A DNA stretch of 63,968 bases, filler included, from Choristocarpus tenellus KU-1152 (Eukaryota > Protista > Phaeophyceae): the NCBI GenBank assembly GCA_964200185.2. It is 11 parts of 11 records of this genome, joined end to end, with 100 filler letters (N's around TTAATTAATTAA, not from the genome) between each part and the next. Parts side by side here need not be neighbours in the genome. Positions count along the whole stretch, not along the records: positions 19,590 to 25,681 come from CAXNAD020008959.1; positions 25,782 to 29,533 come from CAXNAD020018148.1; positions 29,634 to 33,632 come from CAXNAD020016736.1; positions 33,733 to 37,308 come from CAXNAD020019159.1; 7 more parts are not named here. The stretch is one strand, 5' to 3'. Within the stretch, counting starts at the first letter, position 1. Every line of letters begins with the position of its first letter. The notes below the pieces were generated by a model that saw nothing but the letters and a program-made list of their open reading frames with translations, searched no databases and had not been told where the DNA came from. A program made the position numbers and the translations under genes. This document shows, one piece after another, positions 25,580-37,408 of the stretch.

Positions 25580-27016
25580 GTGACTCTTGAATATACCGAG
25601 TTTGACACAGCACGATGCTATGGCCCATCAATGAATCAGTGAATTGATGTGTGGGGACATCTCGGGGGGAGGGGAGGGGAGNNNNNNNNNNNNNNNNNNN
25701 NNNNNNNNNNNNNNNNNNNNNNNNNTTAATTAATTAANNNNNNNNNNNNNNNNNNNNNNNNNNNNNNNNNNNNNNNNNNNNGGTGGTGGGGTGAGTGGGG
25801 GGGTTGGGCCCGGGCGGGTTTTGGAAAGGGGTTGTTTTGGGGCGGGGGGGGGGGGGGGGGGGGGAGTCACTGTCACTGTTGTTCAAGAGAGGGGATCACT
25901 TCGACTGACTTGCAGGTTTCCTTGCCATCTTGCTGTGTAGAATGCAGGAGCAAGGAAAGGTGAAGTAATGCTCTGCCTATTATGTATCGCTTTCCCAGGC
26001 TCATGTGGAAAGCTGTACCCAGAGTCATGCATGCTGACATGGAAAACAAAACAGTGAAGGTGGAAAGGTAGGTTACGGGGTGAACACACTCTGATGGTTC
26101 AATGTGGCAACCAAGCTTATTCAATGATAGGATTACTTCCAACCCGGTATCCTCGGCATGATTCTGGGAGCAGCTGTTGCTTCTGGAAAAAAGGACGTAC
26201 TTATATCCCTGTAAGGGCAACCGACCACATGTATGTACTGCTTTGATACGTTTTCAGTCCCTTCTGAAGGCCTTGTTGCTCCCCAAAGAGCCAAGGTATT
26301 CGAGTGTTGGGCAGGTTTATGCCCTTTTGCACTACTGTAAGAATTTTTTCTTGACCCGAACAAGACACTCTACACTTATTTTATTACATGCACAATAGTG
26401 TACACGGCATTGATATTACCCCTTTCCACACACACAAGGTGATATCTCAATCCAGCAAAGGCTCTTTCTGCAATTGTACAAAATTACATCTTTTTTCTAT
26501 TTCTTGGAATCCTTTGAAATCGCAACCTTGTCTATCTCTCGATTCATTTGACTCAAAAACCTCGTCTTCTTTATTTTTTATAGCAGCAATTCCAATTCTT
26601 ACCCCAGCATCAAACTCCACCTCAAAATGTGCCACTCTGGAGTTAAGAGCATTAATATCCGTAGTGGATAGGGGTGTAAAAGTTGAGAGGGGATGGAAGT
26701 TTGAATTAGGAAGACCTACAATTGACTCGTTGTGATGTATCAATCGTTATACTGGTATTAACCTCGCAATTTGGAGAGAAGTCCAAGTGTCCCTCAACCT
26801 TGATGCGGCTTCCAAATCTTTGTAGTATCGATGGAAAACTGAATATCTGCAGTTATCTCCCTTTGATGATACCACAGATACAAGGCCATTGCTTCATATA
26901 CGTAGTACATACTCCAGTACGTATTACGTAGTTTATCTATGGATTTCCTACTGAGCCAGCAGAGACTTACTACGAACCATGTTGCTAGCTACTATTGCCA
27001 ACCATAGCTGAAGTAG

Positions 27017-27018
<2 letters not shown>

Positions 27019-27073
<55 letters not shown>
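27019..27073. repeat. (CA)n microsatellite in Rab28 intron
   Basis: About 27 CA units. Confidence 0.95.
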
Positions 27074-27075
<2 letters not shown>

Positions 27076-27114
27076 CAACAACAACAACTTCGACCTCTCA
27101 ACCTGTGTCCTCAC

Positions 27115-27775
27115 ATGAGCTCCAAAAATATAGGTTGTCATCATCTTGCTCCCAATGCTCTGTCCCCCGATGTCCCATATTTGCAATGTGACGTGGACAC
27201 CCCCTGCAAACGACGGTGGCAGTTCAGTCCCATCCCGTTCCTTGAACCTGGAATGGTAAATAATCTTGAAACGGAGACACCTCTACACCCTTCGAACTGA
27301 TGATCATGTGATGGAACAGAAGGTGAAGTATGCGCAAGTGGTCTGAGGCGTAGTTTGAGAAATGTATGGGATAGAGAGGGAGAGGAGAGAGAAACAAGGC
27401 TCACAAAGCAAACCATGTACCAGAGGTTTTTGTATTTTAAGAATGCCTCTTCCTCTACGTACAGAGGGGGGGTTAGAACGCGGATTGGCACCTGGAAGGA
27501 CGATCCTTTTGACGAAAAAGTCCAGACCTATGGTCTGCTTGTAGGATCTTGAGAAAGTGTCCTCAGAAAATCTCGTGGCAATCGACGTCTTGCCCACGGT
27601 TCCATCCCCCAACAGTATCACCTGATTTGAGCGAAGAAGGACTCGTGAATCCTTGGTTGGTCTTTGGAGGAGCCATCCAAGTTTTTGTTATACTACAAAC
27701 AATGGGATGTACCTTGTATTGCAACCGGTCTGGTTCAGGTTCGGAATCGCTGTCCTGTTCCTTTCCTCCTCCCAT
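27115..27775 (-). CDS. RAB28: Rab-family GTPase Rab28, 5' part (exons 27775-27713, 27621-27492, 27203-27115)
   Basis: [56 protein letters not shown]...YIFGAH; WDIGGQ.IG is Rab28-type. Confidence 0.93.
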
Positions 27776-28169
27776 CTCGTTTCCCTTAGATTATCCCTGA
27801 GGGAAAAGAAGCTTATCTCAGGTTCTCTCCAATGATATCTTTGGCGGACGTTCGAAGTGTGTATTAATGATCGCTTTTTTTCCGAACATACCTCGAACGT
27901 AACTGCCTAAATAATTGAGTATTCCTATCACAAGAATACTTAGGGTTAGGGGATTATCGATAAAGAATGACAATGTAGATGTACAAGAGTTCTTGAATAC
28001 CAGCATAGAAGGACAGAGACGTATGGGTGAAGAAGGACGTTTGAACGTTGGAGAGTGCCTTACACAGTGACAGTACTTAAGACCTATTTCGACTGGGATA
28101 GTGTTGGAGGATAAGTCAAGGACGGACGGAGTTCCATTGTGGAGGGTTGGGGAGGAGTCGGGGGGAGAA

Positions 28170-28987
28170 ATGACTCGTGCAATGGATCGGGAACTCGACA
28201 TTCTGTTATCAAAACTGCGCAAGATACAGGTGATTTTATGCACGATGAACATCTTCTCACGGTCTACTGATTCCAGGAGCCGTGGTGTTGTTTCTGTAAT
28301 GGATGACGAGGATTCCAAGTGTAAGCACCTGAGTGTGTTCTTGGGAAGGGAGCAGAATACAACTGATGTTCGGGAATTTTGCTTGTAGTTTACCTTAAAA
28401 ACGAATGTGTGTGTCCTTGTATATTTGATCTCAGCATTAGTGGTTTTGGTGACCACGACAGAGCTTGATTTTTGCGGCGGCCCAACCAAAGAGTGTGGGA
28501 AGAGCAACACTTCTCGTTCACTTTCCCTTCTGGTGCTTCGAAGTGGGTATTAGCCCGCAGACGTGCTTATTCGTGAAACTTGCGAGAACTTGAAAGACTC
28601 AGTAGGACACCTTCGGGCATTTGATAGTCTCGTTTGGAGAAGCATTTCTTGTTGATGACTTGTTATTCGTAGTGTGTTGTGGAAAAAAAGGAGGGTAAAT
28701 CTGTCCGATACTGCATTGGAAAAAATTGCTGGAATTCTGGTGGTTAACATGTCTAATTTTGAGCACTACAATGTGAAAAGGTTTCATAACCAATTTCCGA
28801 TTTCCGATTTGGTAGGGCGCCCAGTGCTCCCCCCAGGCCGTAGTATTCCTGTCCCTCCTAACTCATACAGAAAATCCAATCCTCAGAGCAATGTGGGCGG
28901 CCGGGCCAACGATAACAAGAGAGGGAGAAAGAAGAAGGAGGATGACCGCTTTGCTGCTGTCAAGTCCTCCATCATTGCCAAGCTTGG
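28170..28987 (+). CDS. Unknown spliced gene divergent from Rab28
   Basis: MTRAMDRELDILLSKLRKIQ|gt (28170-28229); candidate exons near 28554 and 28816-28987 with splice-like ends; no recognised domain. Confidence 0.35.
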
Positions 28988-29467
28988 TGAAACCTGCGAT
29001 GTAAGAGAAGCTCCCCATTGACGGCTAGTGTGATCGTTTTGACTAATTTGATGATCTATAGTTGTGGAATTGCCTAGTAGTGAGGGGTGCTTAGGGCAAG
29101 GCATGCAACCTCTCGACATGACGAACTTTTTTTTCATGTTCTTGCGTGCTTGGATGGTGAAATTTCCATGTGTGTAGATTTTTACGCATCGGAGATCGAA
29201 AAACCCACTCTGAGTCCATTGCTATCTAGGTGCCTTATTTTGGAAGTGCCAAACAAACTGAAGTGACCCCCTCATCGAAATATATCTCACCAACAAAAAT
29301 CCGAAAATGATCACCGAAAAAATGGTCAAGTAGTAGTAAGTAGTCGATATATCCGTTCAGTGGATTGTGACCCTTGCATGCCCTGTTAGCTGAATCTATA
29401 CAGAGTGAGTGCGATGTAAAGTCAGTCTGAGAACAAAAGCACTGTGTCCCCTAAATGTGCCCCCCCC

Positions 29468-29533
<66 letters not shown>

Positions 29534-30026
29534 NNNNNNNNNNNNNNNNNNNNNNNNNNNNNNNNNNNNNNNNNNNNTTAATTAATTAANNNNNNNNNNN
29601 NNNNNNNNNNNNNNNNNNNNNNNNNNNNNNNNNTGGAGGGGGAGAATAGGGGAAACCTGGGGCAAAGGTCTCTCCCCCCTGATCCAGGAGAGGGTAGTTT
29701 GTCGCTGGGTCTTTCTGGGGTGGAGTTGGCAGGACTGGAAGTGGGACCTCCTGAATCAGGCCTCACTACTTTAGCCTCAATCGCCACTGGAGATTCGCCT
29801 TCGTCCTCCCCCCCTCCAACAAGGTCGATGGTACTCCCAGTAATCATCGATTTCTCCTGTTCCTCCCACAACAGGTCGCACAGCTTCTACAGGCAGTCCG
29901 TCTCCTACTCCCCAGACCGCAACTTTCCTCCAGGAACAAGACTTGAAAGCAAGAAAAGTGTTGGATGTGTATATGTTAACATATACTCGCCATTGAGCGT
30001 TGTGATTATGGATTTCAGGTGTGTAA

Positions 30027-30100
30027 GGCCAAAAGTATCTGGCAGGGAGAGGGGGGTGTCCAATTGGGGTCCATTTTACCATATCGCGGTTTTTGGATAA
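30027..30100. mobile_element. MITE family A-related terminal fragment
   Basis: GGCCAAAAGTATCTGG...tgtccaattggggtccatttt. Confidence 0.55.
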
Positions 30101-31155
30101 CTTGCTTATATGCGGGGGATTGAAGGTGTATTTCGTAGATATGTGTGTGGATTACACTTATTCATAGTCGTGGTAAGGTTAAGTCCAGCAAAATAGGCTG
30201 TCACTGCTTTGAGGAATTTTTTTAATTTGGACTTGAATTAATGAAAAGAATGGTTGGGGGTGGACTGGTTTAGGTATACGGTGAAGTGCCCATTTTCGAG
30301 TGCTTTGGTCATGAAGTATTGAAAAAAAAAGTCATTCATTGGGGTTAACTCATGGTTTGTGCTTCGCGAGGTGAACAATGTCTACATCCATTGTGAAGAA
30401 GCATCACTAATAGGGTTTCAAATTAATCGGATTACTTCGAGTTCAATGAGTAGTTTTATTTTTTGGTGTACGGTGATGAATATTGTTGGAATTTCATATT
30501 TGGACTTTTAAAATCGAGCGACCAAATTGTGTAATGGATTTGAATATGGTCAGGTATGGCATCAAGAAGTTCTTCACGTAGGCGTTGGTCGGTAGTCTGG
30601 TATTCAGGGTTTTTTTGCTGGGGTTAGCGAAAAATATGCTGGAGGTGGAAAGGGTTAGGGTAAGGTTTGTTGAGGGGCTATAGGTTGATTTTTGGGGTAT
30701 GTCCACATGAGGGTAGTGTTGTGGTTAGCGGGTTGGGTTGATGACTGCCCATGTGGGTGAGGGGTGGGTCATGTCACGGATGTAGGTCATTTGGTGACAA
30801 GGGTAGCATTAACAATGCATCACATGTGCCAGGTTGTATGCACATACGTCTGTGGGCTTGGGAAGTATAGAAACTAGGGAGTCATCGCTTAGTGTCATTA
30901 AACCATTCATTACTTTTTGGTTTTGGCATAATGAGACCGATTCCTTGACTGATGACACTACGGTGAAACCCATTATGTAAAAATTGTGAAACCATTAGGG
31001 AAAAAACCCTGTTGACAAACGCACGCCTAATTTTGGATGAATATATAACTTGCCAGCATACAAGGATGTGACAGTTTGGTACAAATGATATGTGTTCCAG
31101 AGCTACGACACACAGCGATATAAGCTTCATCAAAGTTTAAACGTTTATGAGAAAT

Positions 31156-31412
31156 GAGTGAAAGTATCTTAGAGGGTACGAGTTTTTCCATGTTTGTCCA
31201 TTTGGGGCTTGACTTTCCATGGGTTTTTCATGACATTTTCCTACTCCAAAATGTTTCGGAGTGGGTAAAATGTATACGTTATGAAAAGGTGTGTCCAGAA
31301 CAAGGATATTGACCCTTCCTAACAACACAGTAGCCACAATGACATCAACATCGCAACATTGGATTTCGGCCCCCGTATGGACGCGGCTCTACTCTCTAAG
31401 ATACTTTGGCTC
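31156..31412. mobile_element. MITE family B, full copy
   Basis: TIR GAGTGAAAGTATCTTAGAG/CTCTAAGATACTTTGGCTC; TSD AAAT. Confidence 0.92.
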
Positions 31413-31975
31413 AAATATTGCTATGGAACACGTGGAACAGTCTTCGATCGTTGAAACTAAGACGGAAGTGTATCCTCCTTTGGTCGAAAGCTTATGCCAA
31501 ATTTCGAATGTGTGTTTGATGGAGGGTATCCGGGTATAGTATCTGTAAACTATAGATTCCCAAACGGTGTTACCCTGTGATCACCAAAGCACCCCACCCC
31601 GTAACAGTGAAGGGAAAACATGACAAGGATTCTGACGTTCACCAACACGGTCTGATGAGGACAATATGCTGTGTTAGACATTGATTGGTGCTTAAGGTTA
31701 TCGACCTCGCTTGGCATCAGAAGAAATGTTTAGGGGGCGAAAAGGTGTTATCCCACAGGATATTAGACTTGTATTTGTCAGTAGGTGTGTGCTGTTGTAA
31801 AAGACGTGGCAAATAACTAATACAGATGAGAACCCAAATATTGAACCAAAGCTGGTTCTTTTTGGTAAGAGAAGGACACATTCGACTTGGTCAAGTCGAA
31901 TAGTTCACAGCAGGGAGAACATTTCTATTTATTTTCTTGAATTAGGGTTACCCCGACAGTTCTAAACTCCAGAAT

Positions 31976-33381
31976 CTAAAACATTTGCCCCAGACCGTGC
32001 AAACTCGGAAGCCGTACAGTTACAACTATAGAGTCTACAATTTTTGGTCCAGAACGTGCAAAACTGGTCGTTGGACACATTGTGGAAGGAACAGAAAGAA
32101 TGAAGTCTGCGTCAAATACATTTTTTACGTCAAGTTCAACCTGAAACCAAACAAAATCTACTTGAGCTGGTGAGCATGTGTGAAGTCGCACCTCCCTTCC
32201 TTCCAGCAATCTATAAGCTTAGGGTAAATCTCTGTCAACACATGCCAAAGATTTAGGGGGGAGAAGTACTTGTCATTCCACAGTTCTGCCTCGACACCAC
32301 CGACAAACACAGCGTTTCTCGCAGCGAGCGCTTCTATGTCCTCCGCACACAGTGTCCTCTTGGTATTACAAACACCATGGCACAAGCCATCGAGGATTCC
32401 CTTGTGCACGTAGCAGCGATCGTCCAGGACAAGAAGATTTGCAGCTTTGCCAGCCCGCATCAACCTAAATCTGTAGTAATGAATAACCTATTGAAGGACA
32501 CAGGTTTGCACATAATAGTATGTTGATGAGGATATGTTTGCCGAGGAGAGGAGTTCCTCCGCGCAAGCCTCAAGGAATTGATCTGTCCTTCCTGTGTTAA
32601 ACTTACCATTCTCGGACATGGGCAGCTCATCATCATTGTCCGCCAAGTCCACATCACTCCCCTTCACGTCTGATGGTGTATTGATGGCTGATACCTCACC
32701 ACTGCTATGTACCAGAGCAAAAATATTCTCTAACAAGGATACTGCGGGGGTTACAGGCGCTCCTTTCCCCTTGCGAGTGGGGATGTGTTTTCTGAGAACC
32801 TGAGCCCTGTAGAGATCCGGAACCCCTAACATGCACAACACTTCAGGAAGACTATTGCCTCTTACCAGGAGGAGATCGAATGGATCGACCTGTTCAACAC
32901 AACCCTCTTCGCTTCCTGCATATCCGTCATCGCTCTCATCATCCAGGACTGACTCAATGCTATGTGTTGGAGTCATCCGAGATCCTGTCGGTGTTTCGGC
33001 CATTTCTTCCATATTCGATTCTTCAGCATCCCACCCGCTCACAACAGATCCCAAGTCGCTCTCTCTGACGTCACTGCCAGCGCACACTCGAACACGGCAG
33101 ACCTGGACACCCTTGGACGTGTTGAGAGCCCCACTAAGTCCCCCGTCCTGTTATTCTGCACACTTTTGTTCTGCCCAGAACTTAGCACAAAATTTGGACA
33201 GCTCATGTGTAATGAGTTTCTCTATCTCGGGGTCACAGTTCCCCTCCAGCATAGCGTAAGCGCGAACCCCCTCCCTCGGGTGTAGAAGCAGGGAGGATAA
33301 GCCAGCGTTGAACGAACCCCTCAGCTTGGCCCATACATCATCCGTGTCATACACCCCACAAGTGGTATTGTCTGGCGCCAT
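31976..33381 (-). pseudogene. Long uncharacterised reading frame broken by TAA/TAG (probably TE-borne)
   Basis: ORFs 33381-33151, 33087-32488 and 32463-32158 share one frame separated by single stops; a possible further exon starts after tttcag near 32141. Confidence 0.55.
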
Positions 33382-33752
33382 GACAACACAGGTGGCACAC
33401 CTCGAATCTGGATCAGTGTGGCGAATGGATGTCAGGAGCAGAGATGGTCACGTATTTGGTGTGTGTTGTTATATGGGTTATGGGAACTCAAAAAATGAAA
33501 AAGGGATTTTAAAACACATACTATGGTCCTTAAGGCGCATTTGTTAGGGATTTTTGTATATAAGTGTTGTGAATCGTGTGATTCTGTGGCGGCGTGGTTC
33601 ACTCAGGCAAGGGTGGCGAAGAGAATCACCGGNNNNNNNNNNNNNNNNNNNNNNNNNNNNNNNNNNNNNNNNNNNNTTAATTAATTAANNNNNNNNNNNN
33701 NNNNNNNNNNNNNNNNNNNNNNNNNNNNNNNNACCAGACAATCCATGCCAAG

Positions 33753-34094
33753 TCAAATGAAGTATTCTGAAGGTGCAGGCCTCCTGTGAGACTTAAATAT
33801 CTTTTTCACCCTGTCCAATTTGGTGCACTCCATGCCTTTCTCGTTGGAATATATCAGGCGGTAAGCAATAATCAACCTGAAGAACCTCTCCACAATTACC
33901 CTGGAAAGCCCCCCTCCCTCCTTAAGACTGACAGGAATGTTGGCTCTCATTCCAGGCAATGTGTAGTCACAATGGCCTTGTACATAGTGCTTCGCCCGCC
34001 CCCGGACCAACTCGATCGGGTTCAATTCACAGTGGTACTTTGGAACCATTAAGCAGTGTCCTCCAAGACGCCCAACCAGAATCGTGTCCTGTGA
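33753..34094 (-). mobile_element. IS630/Tc1-mariner-type transposase C-terminal fragment
   Basis: LGGHCLMVPKYHCELNPIELV.GRAK (third catalytic E in LNPIE) and C-terminal KSHRR. Confidence 0.85.
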
Positions 34095-34147
34095 GTGGCT
34101 TAAACAGTATTAAGCCGAGGTTAGCCCATGTACCGTTCTGGCGGTGA

Positions 34148-34459
34148 CTAATCTTGATTTTTTCGAAACGGTTGTCCAACGAGTTAATCGACGATCAGCA
34201 TATCAAATGAAAGCTCTGGATCTAGGCAATCGATTTACGTAAAGGAATTCTTTCGGGAAAATAGGTTTGGTCGTGATAATTCATTCCGAAACATTTTCAA
34301 GGTTGTGCCGAAAACATTCGGTTAAAATCTAACCTTACCAAATAATTTTACGAAATAATTCCTTTCCGGAAATCGATAGCTTAGATCAAAGGGCTTTCAT
34401 CCGATATGCTGATCGTCGTCTAGCTCGTTGGGCAACCTTTTCAAATCGATCGAGACTGG
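34148..34459. mobile_element. Foldback MITE with about 125-bp TIRs
   Basis: caacgagttaatcgacgatcagcatatc...gaaagc mirrored by gctttcatccgatatgctgatcgtcgtctagctcgttg; TA on the right flank, GA on the left. Confidence 0.85.
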
Positions 34460-34597
34460 TATCATCCTAGTGGTGACTGCCAACACTATACTTACAAAAT
34501 GTTTTTGGTTCATTTTGCTTTTGGTCACGAATTCTGGATTATTATTAACTACTCTTTGTTTACATTCCACCCATTCTATCCCTCCATTATACTACTT

Positions 34598-34808
34598 GTG
34601 ACCAAGCAATTGGGTCCGTCCGTCACGGACTTCCAGTCACCAGCCTATTCCGTGACCAACCAGTGCGGACCCCCTTCGCTGTTGAATTCCAGTCATCAAC
34701 CTCATTCGATGACCAACCAGTGGAACCTCTTCGCCACTGACTTCCAGTCACCAACCACATCCGATGACCAACAAGTGCGACCCCTTCACCACTGAATCCC
34801 AGTCACCG
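34598..34808 (+). repeat. Four diverged tandem units of about 55 bp
   Basis: tgaccaa...ccagtca repeated four times. Confidence 0.8.
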
Positions 34809-36084
34809 TCACTTTCCGCCCCACCCCACCATTCAACCCCCCACTCTCAACCCCACATCACTTTCTACTTCACCACACCATTCAACCCTGTAGCACTTGC
34901 CACCACTTTCTGCTCCACCACAACATTCAATACCACTCAACATCACTCCACAATAATCCAAGAACACCCCTTCACCATCCATTTGAATACCATGCCATTG
35001 AACTAGAAGTCATCTACCCCACCCGAACTTGACCTCCCCCTTCCTGTTCTGTTACAGGCGCCCCTCAGAACTCACCTCCACAGGATGTATAAGTCAAATC
35101 CAACGACCTTAAAAACGACGCTATGGGGGCGTTGCCCTTTACAACAGTTTGTAGGGTGTCAGGTGTCCTTCTCTTCTTGATATTCCACTCAGTGCGTAGC
35201 TCAAAGCTTGACTCAAAGTTTCGTTCAAGGTAAAAGATAAAGACAGGAGGTAAAAAGGGGTGATCGTTTGACCACAAGCCCTCTTATTATTTTCATCATC
35301 CACCCAATTTCTTTGGTCGTCTATGCAACTGCTCTACACGTACTCCAATCATAAACCCTTCTTTTGCAACGTCTTAGGGACTTTAGCAAATGTTACGTAT
35401 GCATTCCGAATCTTACTCTGTATCTTCTATGAAATCATCATTTATTCTGTAAGGCTACCTATGTGTTACTAATATCGTATAATTGTTCGCACTTGTTAGA
35501 ACACGAGAAACAATGCTCGCACTATACGTCTGTCACAAATGTTCGTGTTTGCTAAAACATGGGAAGAAATGCTCGCACTTCATTATTGGAACACAAGAAG
35601 AAATGCTCGCGCTATTCGCCTGTAACAGTTCCCCAGCATCCCAGTCAGTCCTGAGCAATCGAAAGGGTGGGTGGGTGGGAAAGATTGCTTGGAGGTTGCC
35701 TTGTCCTGGCAGTGCTTGTCCTGTGTCACAAACCTCAATTTTTCCTGTGTTCTAATCCATCCCTTCTTACCTCATACTTCCATCTACCACCCATTTCTGT
35801 TAACTTCCCTCCTACCTCTTCTGTCCGATAGAGTTGGAAGAGTAATCGAACAGCTGGTACTAAACTCCTCGTCCACATTCTCATTTTCTTCTTACCATAA
35901 TTTGGACTTGTTCAACATACACCATTCCTTCCATAATTCTCCCCTCCACAAAACTCACATGATAGTGTTTGCGCAAAATGGAATTCACTATCGGAATGCT
36001 TTATGTGCCCCTCCAATTTCTGGTGGTGGTGTTTCTCATTTTCAATTTAATCAAATTTCCCATTTCCAGTGAAAAACGATAGTG

Positions 36085-36209
36085 AAAAATGTTCTTACGT
36101 TTAGGATATTATATTTCTTTAGGGGTAATAAAGACTAATAATATGTATAGTTTTCATTGGTGTTCCCCCTGACACATCTCCAAAATTTCAGAGGGCATAA
36201 TAATAAAAA
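36085..36209 (+). mobile_element. Family C copy (5'-truncated)
   Basis: ...cctgacacatctccaaaatttcagagggcataataataa. Confidence 0.7.
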
Positions 36210-37240
36210 CAGTGAAAATCATTGTCGACTGGGTAAGATCCTCGGGGCAACACTCAAAGTTTGATGATCTCTTAGAGGAATGATCAAATCGAAGAGACCA
36301 ATTCGTATTTGTTTTAGCCAACCAAGATGCTACAAAAGCTGCAATGTACAAGGACATGAATCACAATGCTTTGGGTACCATAAGAGATGCGCGTGTTATG
36401 TTTGCTAGCATGTCATACCCTTTCGCTGCCTCAGCCGAAGCCCCGATTGTTAGGCAGGAACTGGGACTACCTCGCCAGAACAGGACGTCCATGCACGATG
36501 TGAGGTATCACGCCAAACTTCGCTGCCACACTAAGAAGTTGTCAACAGGGTACTGGCAACCCTCGCACCGATGCTTCAACCTGTTTTAACCCAGAACTCC
36601 TCGCTGGCTGTCTGTGCTGCCGCAAAAGAATAACCTGCTTCGGTTCCTGCGAAATGAGGACCTCGTTCATTTCAAAAAGCAATGTATCAAAACCCGTTCG
36701 ACCAGTCACATCCGTTCCCCACACTGTGCTTCGATCCCCATTTGCTTTAGCAATGGACAGTGCGAGCGATAGAAGTCGACACCATTCCGACAAAGACCTA
36801 CCCCCATCGCTCAATCTACTGAGGAGGAATGTCCAGGGAAGGGTCGAAATAGATGGAAGCTAACACAGCCTACTGCAGACTACTCTTTCGTAACGGGGCG
36901 CTCACTTACCCTATTGTTAAAGATGGTTTGAATTTGCCCGTCACCTTCGGGTGTCGTTTCTTATTTTTTGTATATTTTTTTTGATAGTGAGTTTCACTTT
37001 GCACAATCTGATTTTCGTAGCACATTTTCTTGTCGCCTACAGACCAAAAGCAAAATAAATTTCATTTTCCGCAAACACTCTAAAACTTTAAAACTTCCTT
37101 TTCATTTCGGTAAGATATGATTCGTTTCGGCAAGAGATCACCAAAGATTTAAGGTATGTATGTATACGAATCATGTTTACCCTTTTGGTATTTATCTGCT
37201 GTTCATTAACTTCATATTACTCTCTACCAAGTAATATATT

Positions 37241-37308
37241 TTTATTATTATGCCCTCTGACATTTTGCAGATGTGTCAGGGGGAAACCAATGAAAACTAT
37301 ATACATAT
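37241..37308 (-). mobile_element. Family C copy (contig end)
   Basis: ttattattatgccctctgacattttgcagatgtgtcagg. Confidence 0.7.
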
Positions 37309-37408
37309 NNNNNNNNNNNNNNNNNNNNNNNNNNNNNNNNNNNNNNNNNNNNTTAATTAATTAANNNNNNNNNNNNNNNNNNNNNNNNNNNNNNNNNNNN
37401 NNNNNNNN

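Noticed and set aside
32158-33381. TAA/TAG reassigned to Gln
   Set aside because: Host genes here (threonine aldolase, the 45691-46383 gene) end in TAA, and no host exon contains in-frame TAR.
36542-36960. Possible exons of an unknown minus-strand gene
   Set aside because: Splice-like signals are present but there is no homology or consistent gene model.
33753-37308. Fanzor/TnpB associated with the IS630-like transposase
   Set aside because: No RuvC or CxxC...RD.NA motifs were seen in nearby frames.
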